Shown: positions 33,181 through 43,231 of the stretch, one piece after another
How the letters are laid out: each line of letters opens with the position of its first letter
Numbering within the stretch: the stretch's first letter is position 1
Assembly: GCA_963674945.2 (NCBI GenBank)
Contig: CAXXWQ010000003.1
Coordinates: 896,001 to 960,000, forward strand
DNA length: 64,000 bases
Source: an uncultured Desulfosarcina sp.
GTDB lineage: Bacteria > Desulfobacterota > Desulfobacteria > Desulfobacterales > Desulfosarcinaceae
Direction: 5' to 3'
Notes under the pieces: model-generated
The model's database searches: none
Seen by the model: only the letters and a program-made list of their open reading frames with translations
What the model was told of the DNA's origin: nothing
Translations under genes and position numbers: made by a program

Positions 33181-33690
33181 ATGGCCCAATATTACACCGG
33201 TGTCGGCAGCCGAGAAACTCCGCCCGAGATTTTAAAACTGATGACTCGGTTTGCCATGTTCGTATCGCGCAACGGATTCATCCTCAGATCCGGCGGAGCC
33301 ATCGGAGCCGACCAAGCCTTCGAAGCTGGAGCGGGATCACGCAAAGAAATCTATCGACCCGAGGATGCAACCCCGGAGGCCCTGGAACTGGCCGCGCAAT
33401 ATCATCCCGCATGGCATTACATGAAATGGTATTCCCGCCGGCTGCACGGTCGGAACGCATTCCAGGTCCTTGGTAAAGACCTGAACACTCCATCCAAATT
33501 TGTCGTTTGCTGGACCCCGGATGGATGTACCAGACACAACACCCGGAAAACCAGAACCGGCGGCACCGGGACCGCGATCAGCATCGCCTCCGAAGTAGCC
33601 AAGATCACCGTTTACAACATGCAGACGGTCGCCGGCCTTTCAGCAGTGGAAACGGCGATCCGTGTTTTCGAAAGACAATTCAACATTTAG
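33181..33690 (+). CDS. SLOG/DprA-like phage protein
   Basis: YTGVGSRETP, LRSGGAIGADQAFE, RN..QVLG, GGTGTA. Confidence 0.8.
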   Translation: MAQYYTGVGSRETPPEILKLMTRFAMFVSRNGFILRSGGAIGADQAFEAGAGSRKEIYRPEDATPEALELAAQYHPAWHYMKWYSRRLHGRNAFQVLGKDLNTPSKFVVCWTPDGCTRHNTRKTRTGGTGTAISIASEVAKITVYNMQTVAGLSAVETAIRVFERQFNI

Positions 33691-33698
33691 GAGGACCC

Positions 33699-33917
33699 AT
33701 GCCTGAATATGTAACCATCAACCGAGACCCATTCGCCCGGCTGGATATCATCCGGATGATCATCCCCAAAGATGAGAGAAGTGAATCCTGCAACTGGTGT
33801 GGCACCCCAGCAGCTCGATTTCGCTATGGATCAGAATCCGATGGTGTTCTTACCCAGCCGCATTTCGATGATCATCCATTTTGCTCAATTGGCTGCCATC
33901 GCAATTGGAATTCATGA
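33699..33917 (+). CDS. small Cys-containing hypothetical protein
   Basis: AGGAGG RBS; CNWCG and FCSIGC motifs. Confidence 0.6.
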   Translation: MPEYVTINRDPFARLDIIRMIIPKDERSESCNWCGTPAARFRYGSESDGVLTQPHFDDHPFCSIGCHRNWNS

Positions 33918-34144
33918 AAGGAAAATATCCAATGGTGTTTTATAAATCTATACCCGTCATCATCAAGGTGAAAACAACTCATGTGAGGAAGATCGGTGGC
34001 CGGATTTTCCGGTCGATTATAAAAGATTATGGCGACATTCCGGTGGCCCGTTACAATGCCATTTCACGCGCTTGGGAACCCGTAGATAATCCTCGCGGGA
34101 GAGCTTACGCTCTACGGAATGCTTTGCGGTATCGCCGCAAATAG
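33914..34144 (+). CDS. hypothetical basic protein
   Basis: ATGA overlap with the upstream stop; start uncertain. Confidence 0.5.
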   Translation: MKGKYPMVFYKSIPVIIKVKTTHVRKIGGRIFRSIIKDYGDIPVARYNAISRAWEPVDNPRGRAYALRNALRYRRK

Positions 34145-34156
34145 AAAGGAATTGAT

Positions 34157-34606
34157 ATGTGGGAATATCAAAACGCATGGGATACAGACGAGGAAGTACT
34201 GAATGAATGGTATGAAAACACTGAAACAGGGGAATGCATCTCTGTAGATGAATATAAAGAAAGAACCGAGTTTGAACCCGGGACCATCACCGTTGTTAAT
34301 CGGAAAGATTTACCCGAGCGAACTCCGAACACTATTCTATTTGCCATCGATCGCCCAAATCCTCTCGGTAACCCCTTCCGGATCGGCCGGGATGGCACCC
34401 GCCTCGAAGTCATTCAAAAATACAAAGCCTGGCTGCATATCGAATTCTGTAAAAATCCCCACAACCCACATCTAACACCCCTCGATCATGAAATGATGCA
34501 AATCCATAAGGCGTATTTGGAATGGAAAGACATTCAACTGGTTTGCAACTGTGCTCCAGCCCCCTGCCATGGCGAAGTCATCAAAGAGATGATCGAGAAT
34601 TTGTAA
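34157..34606 (+). CDS. DUF4326-like protein
   Basis: IDRPNPLGNPF...R.EVI.KY and LVCNCAPAPCHGEVI. Confidence 0.75.
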   Translation: MWEYQNAWDTDEEVLNEWYENTETGECISVDEYKERTEFEPGTITVVNRKDLPERTPNTILFAIDRPNPLGNPFRIGRDGTRLEVIQKYKAWLHIEFCKNPHNPHLTPLDHEMMQIHKAYLEWKDIQLVCNCAPAPCHGEVIKEMIENL

Positions 34607-34610
34607 GGAG

Positions 34611-34814
34611 GTGAAAACCATGGTCAACATGAAATCGGTAACCCTACGGATACCAGAGCCAGTCCACAGAAAATTAAGGATGTTGGCAGCATCCAAAGGC
34701 GTCACCATGACCGATATGCTCATTGCCTTGATAGAAGATGTCAAGCTCGACACACCCGAGGAGGTGGCAACGGTTAAAAGTTTGCTTGATAATGATACTG
34801 ACAACAAAAAATAA
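34611..34814 (+). CDS. ribbon-helix-helix protein, paralogue 1
   Basis: VTLRIPEPVHRKLRMLAA. Confidence 0.75.
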   Translation: MKTMVNMKSVTLRIPEPVHRKLRMLAASKGVTMTDMLIALIEDVKLDTPEEVATVKSLLDNDTDNKK

Positions 34815-34823
34815 AGGTGAATC

Positions 34824-35018
34824 ATGCAGGAAAATTTGAAAGGAATCATGGTTCGTGTACCGGAGCATATCCACCATAAGCTCAAGATCCTTGCAGCAAT
34901 GCAGCAAAAAAGCATGACCGAAGTCATTATTGATCTTGTGGAAAAGGAAACCATCCAAGGCATGGAGGATATTCCAGCAATTAAAAGCCTCCTCCATGGC
35001 GCAAATAAGGAGATGTAA
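34824..35018 (+). CDS. ribbon-helix-helix protein, paralogue 2
   Basis: IMVRVPEHIHHKLKILAA. Confidence 0.75.
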   Translation: MQENLKGIMVRVPEHIHHKLKILAAMQQKSMTEVIIDLVEKETIQGMEDIPAIKSLLHGANKEM

Positions 35019-35209
35019 TGCATAACTTTACGACAAAAATCAGACAATCGACCCACCGCAGGTTAAGGATGCTCGCTGCATCTCGGGATCAAACGATATC
35101 CGAAATCCTTACTGATTTGATTGAATCGGCAACGCTGGAATCGGAGGAGGAAATAGAGACAGTCAAAAGCCTACTTCACAAATCCGAAAATTCAATTCCC
35201 TTAAACTGA
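35018..35209 (+). CDS. ribbon-helix-helix protein, paralogue 3
   Basis: FTTKIRQSTHRRLRMLAA. Confidence 0.75.
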   Translation: MHNFTTKIRQSTHRRLRMLAASRDQTISEILTDLIESATLESEEEIETVKSLLHKSENSIPLN

Positions 35210-35235
35210 ATAATTGAGAATCTGTGAGGAATCAA

Positions 35236-35403
35236 ATGAACATACTCTGTAAATGGGCTTTGATCGGATATTTTCTGGTATTGATATTGCCAATGCCCAG
35301 GAACAAAAAAATAGCCATTATCCAACTTATCATCGCTGGGCCACTTTGCTGGGTGATTTTTATTTCCATGGCAATTAGTGAATGGAGGAAAAACCATGTC
35401 TGA
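35236..35403 (+). CDS. small membrane protein (55 aa)
   Basis: GAGGA RBS; hydrophobic; overlaps the gyrB start. Confidence 0.4.
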   Translation: MNILCKWALIGYFLVLILPMPRNKKIAIIQLIIAGPLCWVIFISMAISEWRKNHV

Positions 35404-38400
35404 ATACGGTGCAGAATCAATCAGAATCCTCGAAGGACTTGAACCAGTCCGGGAACGCCCCGGCATGTATATCGGATCGACCAGCAGCACCGGCCTTCAC
35501 CATCTGGTATGGGAGGCCGTCGACAACTCCATTGACGAAGCCATGGCCGGCCATTGTACGGAAGTCATTATCACCCATCATCCCGACGGCAGCATATCAG
35601 TCGAAGACAACGGTCGTGGTATTCCTGTCGAAATCCATCCCACCGAAGGTGTACCAGCCGTTCAAGTCGTTTTGACCAAACTCCATGCAGGTGGAAAATT
35701 CGATGAAAAACTTTATGGCGCATCCGGCGGCCTGCATGGAGTTGGTATTTCATGTGTCAATGCACTCTCGGAAAAATTAACCGTTCAGGTATGGCGCAAT
35801 CGAAGCGAATATATTCAGTCCTATGAACAGGGCATACCCATGACGGAACTGTTCAGAGGCAGAACCCTTCGGACACAGACAGGGACAAGAGTTCAATTCT
35901 GGCCAGATCCAACCATTTTCGAAACGATCAAGTTCGATGAAAAAATCATATCCACCCGGCTCAAGGAATTGTCATACCTGAATGCCGGGTTGCGTATCCT
36001 TTTTGTCGATGCCAAAGGCAAGTCAACGACGTATCAAAGTAAAAACGGCCTGATCGATTATGTCAACGCCATCAGTTCCGACAAAGACATTCAACCCGAA
36101 ACGATCCAGATCTCCGGCAACGATAATGGCATTCATTGCTTTGTTGCCCTTCGATGGACAAAAAGCGCAAAGGAAGAGATCCGCTCGTTCTGCAACAACA
36201 TCAACACCATTGAAGGTGGCACGCACCTGACCGGTTTCAAGACCGGGCTCACCCGGGCTGCAACCAAGTTTTTGGCCAATTACATCCCCAAAAGCCTCGA
36301 ACAGCCAAGTGCGGAGGATATCCGGGAAGGCCTGGTCGCCGTCGTCAGCGTCCGCGTACCCCAACCCCAATTCGAAGGCCAAACAAAAGGCAAACTGGGA
36401 ACATCAGCCGCACAGACCGTCACCACCCAGCTTGTCTATCAGAAACTCAATGAATATTTCGAAGACGCCAAAAAGGAAATCGTCAAGGCAATTGCCGATC
36501 GGATCATCAACGCAACGAAAGCGCGCCTGGCAGCACAGCGCGCCCGCGACAACGCCCGCAAGGCTGCAAACCTGGCCGCCGACATGTTACCGGGCAAGCT
36601 TACTGATTGTCAAAACCAGAATCCGGCCGAACGCGAACTATTCCTCGTCGAAGGCGATTCAGCGGGGGGCTGCTGGGCCGGTGAAACTTTGATAAAACTG
36701 GCCGATGGTCGTTCTATTCCGATAGCACAAATGGCCGAAGAATTTAGAGATGGAGTTAAACATCATGTATATTCTTTCAATCATAAAACGGATTTAATAG
36801 AAATCCGTCCTGTAAAAAATGTTTGGCTTACGAAGCGGAATGCCCCAGTTGTAACCGCAACCCTCGATAATGAAGAAAAAATCAGACCAACTCCGGATCA
36901 TCTTTGTATGCTTCGAGACGGAACATATAAGGAAATTAAAGACATTGATCCAGGAAGATCTTTGATGGCACTGGTTACACGCTATGCTATAATTTCATCA
37001 CCACGGGCACTTTTATGCCCAAAATTAGGTGTAATTAATTACTATGAAGTCGTCAGGCAATCAAAAACCTCCAAATGGGAATTTACGCATCATTTATCAG
37101 GCGACTGTAGAGTTCGAAATGGCGAAGAATTGCCTAAAGGTTTCCACCGCCATCATAAAGACAAAAATCCGCTCAATAATGATCCATCAAATATTGTTTT
37201 TTTAAGTCCAGGCGATCATCTTCAAGAACACGCAGAAGAATCGATTGCCACTAAGAAAACACTTGAATACCGGGCTTATATGTCTAACCGGATGAAAGAA
37301 TTATCCAGCGAACTTTCAACCAGATCGAAAAAACAATGGGAGGATGAAGTTTATAAAGAATTTATGACGAAAAAATGGCGAGAATTTTACGATACCAATC
37401 CCGAGTATCGTGAAAAAAACCGGATTCAACTCGATAACGCTCAAAAAGTATATTGGGCCGATCAAGATAACCGCGATGCTCAATCCGAATGGGCTCGCAC
37501 CTATTATGAGACTCATCCTGAAGCCAGAGAACAAAGACGTATTGATGCAAAAAGGCAATGGGAAAACTCAGAACTAAGAGCTTGGCGAGCAAAAACCACA
37601 TCCAAACAATGGACGCCAGAATTTCGAGAAAAACGCAAGAAAGCCATGCTTGAAACTCGAAAAGCGAAAAGTTTAGCATTGCTTAATCAAGTCGGTATCG
37701 AGAAATATGAGCAAACCCGGCAAGAACAATTTGACGGGAACGGGAAAGGGGACAAAACACTTTATAAACTCAGAGACTTAATTGTTTTATACGGTACCGA
37801 AAAAAATCTGAGAATGAGTCGAGATTACATATACAACCACAAACTTGTCAGCGTCGAAGATAGAGGTGAACGCGCTGATGTGTATGACATTGAAGTTGAA
37901 GGAACTCATAATTTTGCCCTTGCTGCTGGCATATTCGTTCACAACAGTGCCAAACAAGCACGAGACCGTCGATATCAAGCGATCTTGCCGCTTAAAGGCA
38001 AGATACTTAACTGCGAAAAAGCAGCCATGAAAACCATCTTAAAAAACACCGAGATCCAATCCATTGTTGCAGCATTGGGTATTGGCATCGGAACGGCATC
38101 GGTAGATCTTGATCGTCTTCGATACCATAAGGTTATCATCATGTGTGACGCCGATGTGGATGGTTGTTTGGCAGGCGACACTAAAGTTAAATTACTGGAC
38201 GGAACTTATCCCACAATGGAGGAATTAACCACCCTATATCCAGATGAAACGACCAAATTTTGGGTGTGGGCGAACGATGGGAATGGAAAGCACATACCAG
38301 CCCTGGCTCATTCAGCTCGGGTTACGAGGCATGTTGATGAAATTTACGAAATCGAGCTTGACGATGGCAGCATCATTCGAGCCACGGGGAATCACCCTTT

Positions 38401-39004
38401 TATGCTTCGCACAGGGGAATTTATTCGTGCAGATGAATTAATCCCCGGCACGTCGCTTATGCGAATGACTCACCATCTTGATGACAATGACATAAAGGTT
38501 ACCGCAATTCGCTTGGTAAAATTAGAAAAACCAATTCCAGTCTATGATTTAACAGTCGAGAAGCATCACAATTTTCTCGTATATACGAGCGAAGTATCTG
38601 GCATTTTTGTTCATAACAGCCACATTCGGACTTTATTGCTCACTTTGTTTTTCCGGCATCTGCCAGAAGTGATTCTCAACGGTAATCTATATATCGCTCA
38701 GGCTCCACTTTACCGAGTGAAGGCCGGTAAATCCACCATTTGGGCCTATGATGATGATCAACTTGCTGAAATCTTGAAGGAATATAAAACACAACCAGTT
38801 ATATCCCGTTTCAAAGGCTTGGGTGAAATGCCGCCTGAAACTCTATGGAAAACAACCATGGATCCAGTAAATCGCATAATGACCCAGGTGATTATTGAAT
38901 CCCCTTTCTGTGACAAAATGTTTCAAACCCTTATGGGAGATGATGTCCAACCTCGCGCCGAGTTTATTACCGAACATTCACTCGATGCCAGCTTAGATAT
39001 TTAA
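35396..39004 (+). CDS. gyrB: type IIA topoisomerase B subunit (GyrB-like) precursor with two inteins; ~626 aa after splicing
   Basis: LEPVRERPGMYIG, EAVDNSIDE, HAGGKF, EGDSAGG/SAKQ, DADVDG/SHI, RFKGLGEM. Confidence 0.95.
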   Translation: MSEYGAESIRILEGLEPVRERPGMYIGSTSSTGLHHLVWEAVDNSIDEAMAGHCTEVIITHHPDGSISVEDNGRGIPVEIHPTEGVPAVQVVLTKLHAGGKFDEKLYGASGGLHGVGISCVNALSEKLTVQVWRNRSEYIQSYEQGIPMTELFRGRTLRTQTGTRVQFWPDPTIFETIKFDEKIISTRLKELSYLNAGLRILFVDAKGKSTTYQSKNGLIDYVNAISSDKDIQPETIQISGNDNGIHCFVALRWTKSAKEEIRSFCNNINTIEGGTHLTGFKTGLTRAATKFLANYIPKSLEQPSAEDIREGLVAVVSVRVPQPQFEGQTKGKLGTSAAQTVTTQLVYQKLNEYFEDAKKEIVKAIADRIINATKARLAAQRARDNARKAANLAADMLPGKLTDCQNQNPAERELFLVEGDSAGGCWAGETLIKLADGRSIPIAQMAEEFRDGVKHHVYSFNHKTDLIEIRPVKNVWLTKRNAPVVTATLDNEEKIRPTPDHLCMLRDGTYKEIKDIDPGRSLMALVTRYAIISSPRALLCPKLGVINYYEVVRQSKTSKWEFTHHLSGDCRVRNGEELPKGFHRHHKDKNPLNNDPSNIVFLSPGDHLQEHAEESIATKKTLEYRAYMSNRMKELSSELSTRSKKQWEDEVYKEFMTKKWREFYDTNPEYREKNRIQLDNAQKVYWADQDNRDAQSEWARTYYETHPEAREQRRIDAKRQWENSELRAWRAKTTSKQWTPEFREKRKKAMLETRKAKSLALLNQVGIEKYEQTRQEQFDGNGKGDKTLYKLRDLIVLYGTEKNLRMSRDYIYNHKLVSVEDRGERADVYDIEVEGTHNFALAAGIFVHNSAKQARDRRYQAILPLKGKILNCEKAAMKTILKNTEIQSIVAALGIGIGTASVDLDRLRYHKVIIMCDADVDGCLAGDTKVKLLDGTYPTMEELTTLYPDETTKFWVWANDGNGKHIPALAHSARVTRHVDEIYEIELDDGSIIRATGNHPFMLRTGEFIRADELIPGTSLMRMTHHLDDNDIKVTAIRLVKLEKPIPVYDLTVEKHHNFLVYTSEVSGIFVHNSHIRTLLLTLFFRHLPEVILNGNLYIAQAPLYRVKAGKSTIWAYDDDQLAEILKEYKTQPVISRFKGLGEMPPETLWKTTMDPVNRIMTQVIIESPFCDKMFQTLMGDDVQPRAEFITEHSLDASLDI
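36671..37945 (+). mobile_element. 425-aa intein with HNH homing endonuclease
   Basis: Starts Cys (CWAGET), block B TPDH, HHKDKNPLNN...H HNH motif, ends VHN before Ser. Confidence 0.93.
38165..38617 (+). mobile_element. 151-aa mini-intein
   Basis: Starts CLAGDT, block B TGNHPF, VYDLTV, ends VHN before Ser; no endonuclease domain. Confidence 0.93.
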
Positions 39005-39014
39005 AAGGGAGGAT

Positions 39015-39422
39015 TTGATGATTCAAAATAAGCTTATTTTATATTGTTCCAGACTTGAACAGGCGATGCTTTGGGAGGTTTGCAAAAACCGTCGTTGCCA
39101 AACTTCTAATTGCCTTTTTAAAAAAATCGAAAGTAAGTTTGGCGAAAATTTATGGTCAGATATTCCAACCCGTTTTTCATCTGTAACGGCCATTAAGGAA
39201 CAATTGGAAACTTTAACCAAACCTATGCCAATTGTGCGAACTCCTATTTTGGACCCATCCCCTATTCAACGCCATCGAATAGTAGAAAAACAAGAAATAT
39301 CAGATAATGAAGAGGAAATTCAACAATTACCGTCGATAACGGGAAGAACACCAATTACTTCATTATCTGATATTTTAAAAGACGAAATAATCAAACTATC
39401 GAAAGGACTTACATCTAACTAA
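39015..39422 (+). CDS. hypothetical protein
   Basis: GGAGG RBS; 135 aa. Confidence 0.6.
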   Translation: MMIQNKLILYCSRLEQAMLWEVCKNRRCQTSNCLFKKIESKFGENLWSDIPTRFSSVTAIKEQLETLTKPMPIVRTPILDPSPIQRHRIVEKQEISDNEEEIQQLPSITGRTPITSLSDILKDEIIKLSKGLTSN

Positions 39423-39445
39423 TTAGTTGACATCTAACTAATTAC
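39411..39445. promoter_or_regulatory. two operator-like sites flanking a TTGACA hexamer upstream of the XRE gene
   Basis: CTAACTAATTAG 39415-39426, TTGACA 39427-39432, CTAACTAATTAC 39434-39445. Confidence 0.7.
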
Positions 39446-39485
39446 TGTGTTAATTCCATTATCAACGCTAAAAAAGGAGTAGTTT

Positions 39486-39791
39486 ATGACAGAAGAAGTT
39501 AAAGGAAAGAATCGTATAGGCAAAATAATTCAAGATTTCAGAACTCAAAACGATCTTACCCAACAAGACTTTGCCGATCTGGTCAATTATCGGTATGGGA
39601 ACTTTATCGGTATGATCGAAAAGGGAAAATCTCAATTTCCCCTGGCAAAAGGAAAATGGTTAGACTACGCAAAAGCCCTCAACATGGACCCGACTGAAAT
39701 CTTGCTTATCAGTCTTGGCGATGTCTTTCCCGAGATGGCATCATATTTAGATCCCGTTCTCGAACTATACAAAAAGAAGAGTAAAAAATAG
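39486..39791 (+). CDS. XRE-family HTH transcriptional regulator (candidate repressor)
   Basis: IGKIIQDFRTQNDLTQQDFA...IGMIEKGK. Confidence 0.85.
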   Translation: MTEEVKGKNRIGKIIQDFRTQNDLTQQDFADLVNYRYGNFIGMIEKGKSQFPLAKGKWLDYAKALNMDPTEILLISLGDVFPEMASYLDPVLELYKKKSKK

Positions 39792-39995
39792 CACTGTAGC
39801 ATTTTTAAACAGTAATAGGAATATCCCCCTATTTTAAGTATTTTTGTTTTCTGAAATCTTTGTAATTAGTTAGTTTGATTTTACCCATTCATCGGAGATT
39901 CTTATGAATTATTTTGTTCTTTCCGCGAATATGGAAATTTGTGATGAGTTCATTTTTTACAATCAAATTGAAAATGACGCCGCCTTCTCCATCCT

Positions 39996-42451
39996 CAGGA
40001 AACTTGATTTCCTAATTGTTGCATATGGCAAGCAAAACATAATGTAAGTGGTTGAAAAACAGAAAGATAGGAGTCTGAATCCAGCAGGCCGGTAAGGTAT
40101 TGCAACCGGAAAATGAACATGGCACCTTTAACCTTATTATCTTGGCGGATAAATGAAAGGAAAAGGATGCCATGCCTCAACAGATACTACCACTTATTCC
40201 TCGCGGTGCAAGACAAATCAACGGGCTTGTCAGTGTATTTCGTGACGATACGACCTGGACCTATTTTCTATCGACCGTTCCGATTTATTCTCACAGACAA
40301 GGCGATCAACGAATGTTTCGGATGATAACAGCCCAACTGGTTGAATCCGGAGCTTGCCGCCAGATCGATATCCAAAACACATTCGGCGTATCCAAGAGCA
40401 ATGTCATCCGATCCGTGAACAAACTCAGGTCCGGCGGCGCCGAGGCATTTTTCGTTCAGCGGCGGGGACGACGCGGCGGCAAGGTTTTCAAACCTGAGGT
40501 GCTTGAACAAGCCCAACGTTTACTGGATCAAGGGTGCTCGAAAAAAGATGCCGCCCTGGAACTTGGCATTAAATACGATACGTTTCGCAAAGCTATAGAT
40601 GATGGTCGGTTAATCGAATCAAGGATTGGTGAACCGTGTCTAACCAAATCAGATCGGGACATGGTCGACATGGCTGCTGCCGATGGTATGGGGACGGCTT
40701 GCAACCGAGTCGGGGAACGCATATTGGCATCATTGGGCAAAATGGTTGGTGCGCCGGTTCGTTTTGACAGATGCCTGGACGTTCCCAAAGCAGGCGTTCT
40801 TTGTGCGATACCGTCATTGGTGGCAAACGGGTTGTTTACCGGCGCAAAACAGTTCCTCGGCCAAGTCAAAGGCTATTACACGATCTTTCATGTCTTGTTG
40901 CTGCTTTCGTTTATGGCCTTATGCAGGATCAAGACGACAGAAAAAATACGAGGCCATGCTCCGGGAGAATTTGGTAAGTTATTGGGCTTGGATCGTGCAC
41001 CGGAGGTTCGCTGTTTGCGTTACAAGATGGATGCGTTGAGCGCAGACCACGGCGCGGAAAAGTGGGCCGCATACCTCGGTAAATACTGGATGGAACAGGC
41101 GCCCGAATCGGTTGGCGCGCTTTATGTTGACGGGCATGTACGTGTTTATCATGGAAAATTGACCCGACTACCGCGCCGCTACGTGTCCCGGGAACGATTG
41201 TGCATGAGGGGCATTACCGACTATTGGGTTAACGATGCGATTGGCCGACCTTTTTTTGTCGTCGAAAAGCAGATCGATCCTGGATTATTGGCGGTTTTAA
41301 GAGACGATATCGTTCCCCGGTTGTTGCAAGACGTTCCGAATCAACCCGGTTTGCAGCAACTACAAGAGAACCCATGTTTATGCCGGTTCGTTCTTGTTTT
41401 CGACAGGGAAGGATATAGTCCCGCATTCTTCAAGGAAATGTGGGATCGCCATCGAATCGGCTGCATGACGTATCATAAGCATCCTGGTGAATCATGGCCG
41501 GAGCATTGGTTCACCGAGTATGAAGTTGCGATGCCAAACAAAGAGGTGGTGAAGATGCGGCTTTGCGAAATGGGTAGTTTGGTGGGATCTGGTAAGGGTG
41601 CAACATGGATGCGACAAGTGCGAAAACTGACCGATTCCGGACACCAGACCAGCGTAATCAGCACCGCTTTCGATTTGCCGCATACTCAATTGGCAGCACG
41701 CATGTTCAGCCGGTGGTGTCAGGAAAACTTTTTCAACTATATGATGCAACATTTTGATATCGATGTGCTTTTAGATTATGGTGTCGTTGAATTTCCTGAT
41801 ACCGAACGGGTAATCAACCCCGTTTGGCGGCAATTGAATCAATCCCGTAATTCGTTGCAGAACAAGCTACGATATCGTCGTGCCTGTTTTGCCGAGATGA
41901 CCATTCACCCTGAAAATGAAGACAAACCGGTAAAGTTTAAGAAGTGGATAGAGAAAAAGGCCGAGCTGTTAGAAGAAATCGAAAAGATGGAGTATCAACT
42001 CAGCGAGTTGAAAGAAAAACGAAAACAGACAAGTAAACACATCACGTGGGGAGAACTTGAAGCAAAAGATAAATTTTTACGTTTACAACCGGGCAGAAAA
42101 CGCCTGATGGACACGGTTCGTATGATTGCATATCGTGCAGAGACGGCAATGGTTGGGTTGCTCACGGGTCCGACGGTAAACTCGTCGGATGCACGGAGTC
42201 TTCTCCAGACACTGTTCCAGACCGAAGGCGATGTACTGCCCGATATTGAAAATCAGCAATTGAATATACGATTGCACGGCGCTTCGTTCCCAGCGGCCAA
42301 TCGGGCTCTTTGCCAACTGTTTGCGCATCTGAACAGTGCGCAGGTAAAATACCCCGGTACCGAGCTGCAAATGATATTCGAACTAAATGGCTGCAGCACC
42401 TCAAATCATGCCGGAGGTGTCACATAGTTTTCCCGGAGATGCAGTGTTCTG
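39996..42451 (+). mobile_element. 2456-bp insertion sequence, copy 2
   Basis: Same ends and length as copy 1; 5-bp TSD ATCCT at 39991-39995 and 42452-42456. Confidence 0.92.
40172..42427 (+). CDS. putative DDE transposase, 751 aa
   Basis: Translation identical to 21002-23257. Confidence 0.85.
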   Translation: MPQQILPLIPRGARQINGLVSVFRDDTTWTYFLSTVPIYSHRQGDQRMFRMITAQLVESGACRQIDIQNTFGVSKSNVIRSVNKLRSGGAEAFFVQRRGRRGGKVFKPEVLEQAQRLLDQGCSKKDAALELGIKYDTFRKAIDDGRLIESRIGEPCLTKSDRDMVDMAAADGMGTACNRVGERILASLGKMVGAPVRFDRCLDVPKAGVLCAIPSLVANGLFTGAKQFLGQVKGYYTIFHVLLLLSFMALCRIKTTEKIRGHAPGEFGKLLGLDRAPEVRCLRYKMDALSADHGAEKWAAYLGKYWMEQAPESVGALYVDGHVRVYHGKLTRLPRRYVSRERLCMRGITDYWVNDAIGRPFFVVEKQIDPGLLAVLRDDIVPRLLQDVPNQPGLQQLQENPCLCRFVLVFDREGYSPAFFKEMWDRHRIGCMTYHKHPGESWPEHWFTEYEVAMPNKEVVKMRLCEMGSLVGSGKGATWMRQVRKLTDSGHQTSVISTAFDLPHTQLAARMFSRWCQENFFNYMMQHFDIDVLLDYGVVEFPDTERVINPVWRQLNQSRNSLQNKLRYRRACFAEMTIHPENEDKPVKFKKWIEKKAELLEEIEKMEYQLSELKEKRKQTSKHITWGELEAKDKFLRLQPGRKRLMDTVRMIAYRAETAMVGLLTGPTVNSSDARSLLQTLFQTEGDVLPDIENQQLNIRLHGASFPAANRALCQLFAHLNSAQVKYPGTELQMIFELNGCSTSNHAGGVT

Positions 42452-42661
42452 ATCCTGCTGGAAAACAAGCCAGATGCCCTTTACATAAAACAAAAGGGCT
42501 CTGGCTTTGATATTTTGTTTTCATTCAACGCACAAACTTTTAAGGGCTCAATCACTCCGGAAGCTCATCAAATTTTAACAGATGCTATTGAAAAAGGAAT
42601 TACATTCGAGGAATTGAATATCATGTTCAATACTCCATAAAACTCACGAAAGGACATCATC

Positions 42662-43123
42662 ATGTTGATTATCGATGTTCATCTTGAATGCACAACTGGA
42701 ACGTCGAATAAATTCTGGCATGGGCAAATCCATCTAATAAAAACCACTGAAGGAAAACAAAAATTTAATTTCGACGCCGTATATGGCCGAATCGGAACAT
42801 CAGGAACAACCAACACCAAACAGTTTGCAACCATCTATAAAACGTATGATTACCTGCTTTCCAAAATCAAAGAAAAGGTTAAAAAAGGATATGTTTTTAA
42901 AAGCGATTCGAAAATCAATGAAGGACCGGTTGTAGAACGGAATGCCGATCTTCGAATTGCAACATCACGATTTCTTGCTTCCGCATCGGCGCTCCCTGGA
43001 TGGATCGATTTTACAAGGGCACGAGAAAGTAAAAAATCAGTTGGAACAGACAAGCCCATGGATATGCCATCACCAAAACCAACACAACCCAAAGTCACCA
43101 GAAAACCCTTAATAATCATATAA
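42662..43123 (+). CDS. WGR domain protein
   Basis: SNKFW, YGRIGTSG, EKVKKGY. Confidence 0.8.
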   Translation: MLIIDVHLECTTGTSNKFWHGQIHLIKTTEGKQKFNFDAVYGRIGTSGTTNTKQFATIYKTYDYLLSKIKEKVKKGYVFKSDSKINEGPVVERNADLRIATSRFLASASALPGWIDFTRARESKKSVGTDKPMDMPSPKPTQPKVTRKPLIII

Positions 43124-43141
43124 TTTTGCATAAAAATCATT

Positions 43142-43180
43142 GTAATTAGTTACTTCTTTTTACAGCAAATTGAGATTTAT
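43142..43180. promoter_or_regulatory. palindromic site plus promoter-like motif
   Basis: GTAATTAGTTAC 43142-43153; CAGCAAATTGAGATTTAT 43163-43180. Confidence 0.65.
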
Positions 43181-43231
43181 TTGGGTACAAACAAACCTTT
43201 TTCACTCATCCCCAAATAAGGAGAATATGTA

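Larger units (their letters stand above)
39904..42640 (+). pseudogene. 91-aa hypothetical gene split by an IS
   Basis: Removing 39996-42451 and one ATCCT copy gives an open frame MNYFVLS...FSILLENK...NTP. Confidence 0.65.

Noticed and set aside
35690..35745. Phage GyrB as a Fic-resistant variant
   Set aside because: The ATP-lid Tyr targeted by FicT toxins appears retained (GGKFDEKLYGASGGLHG)
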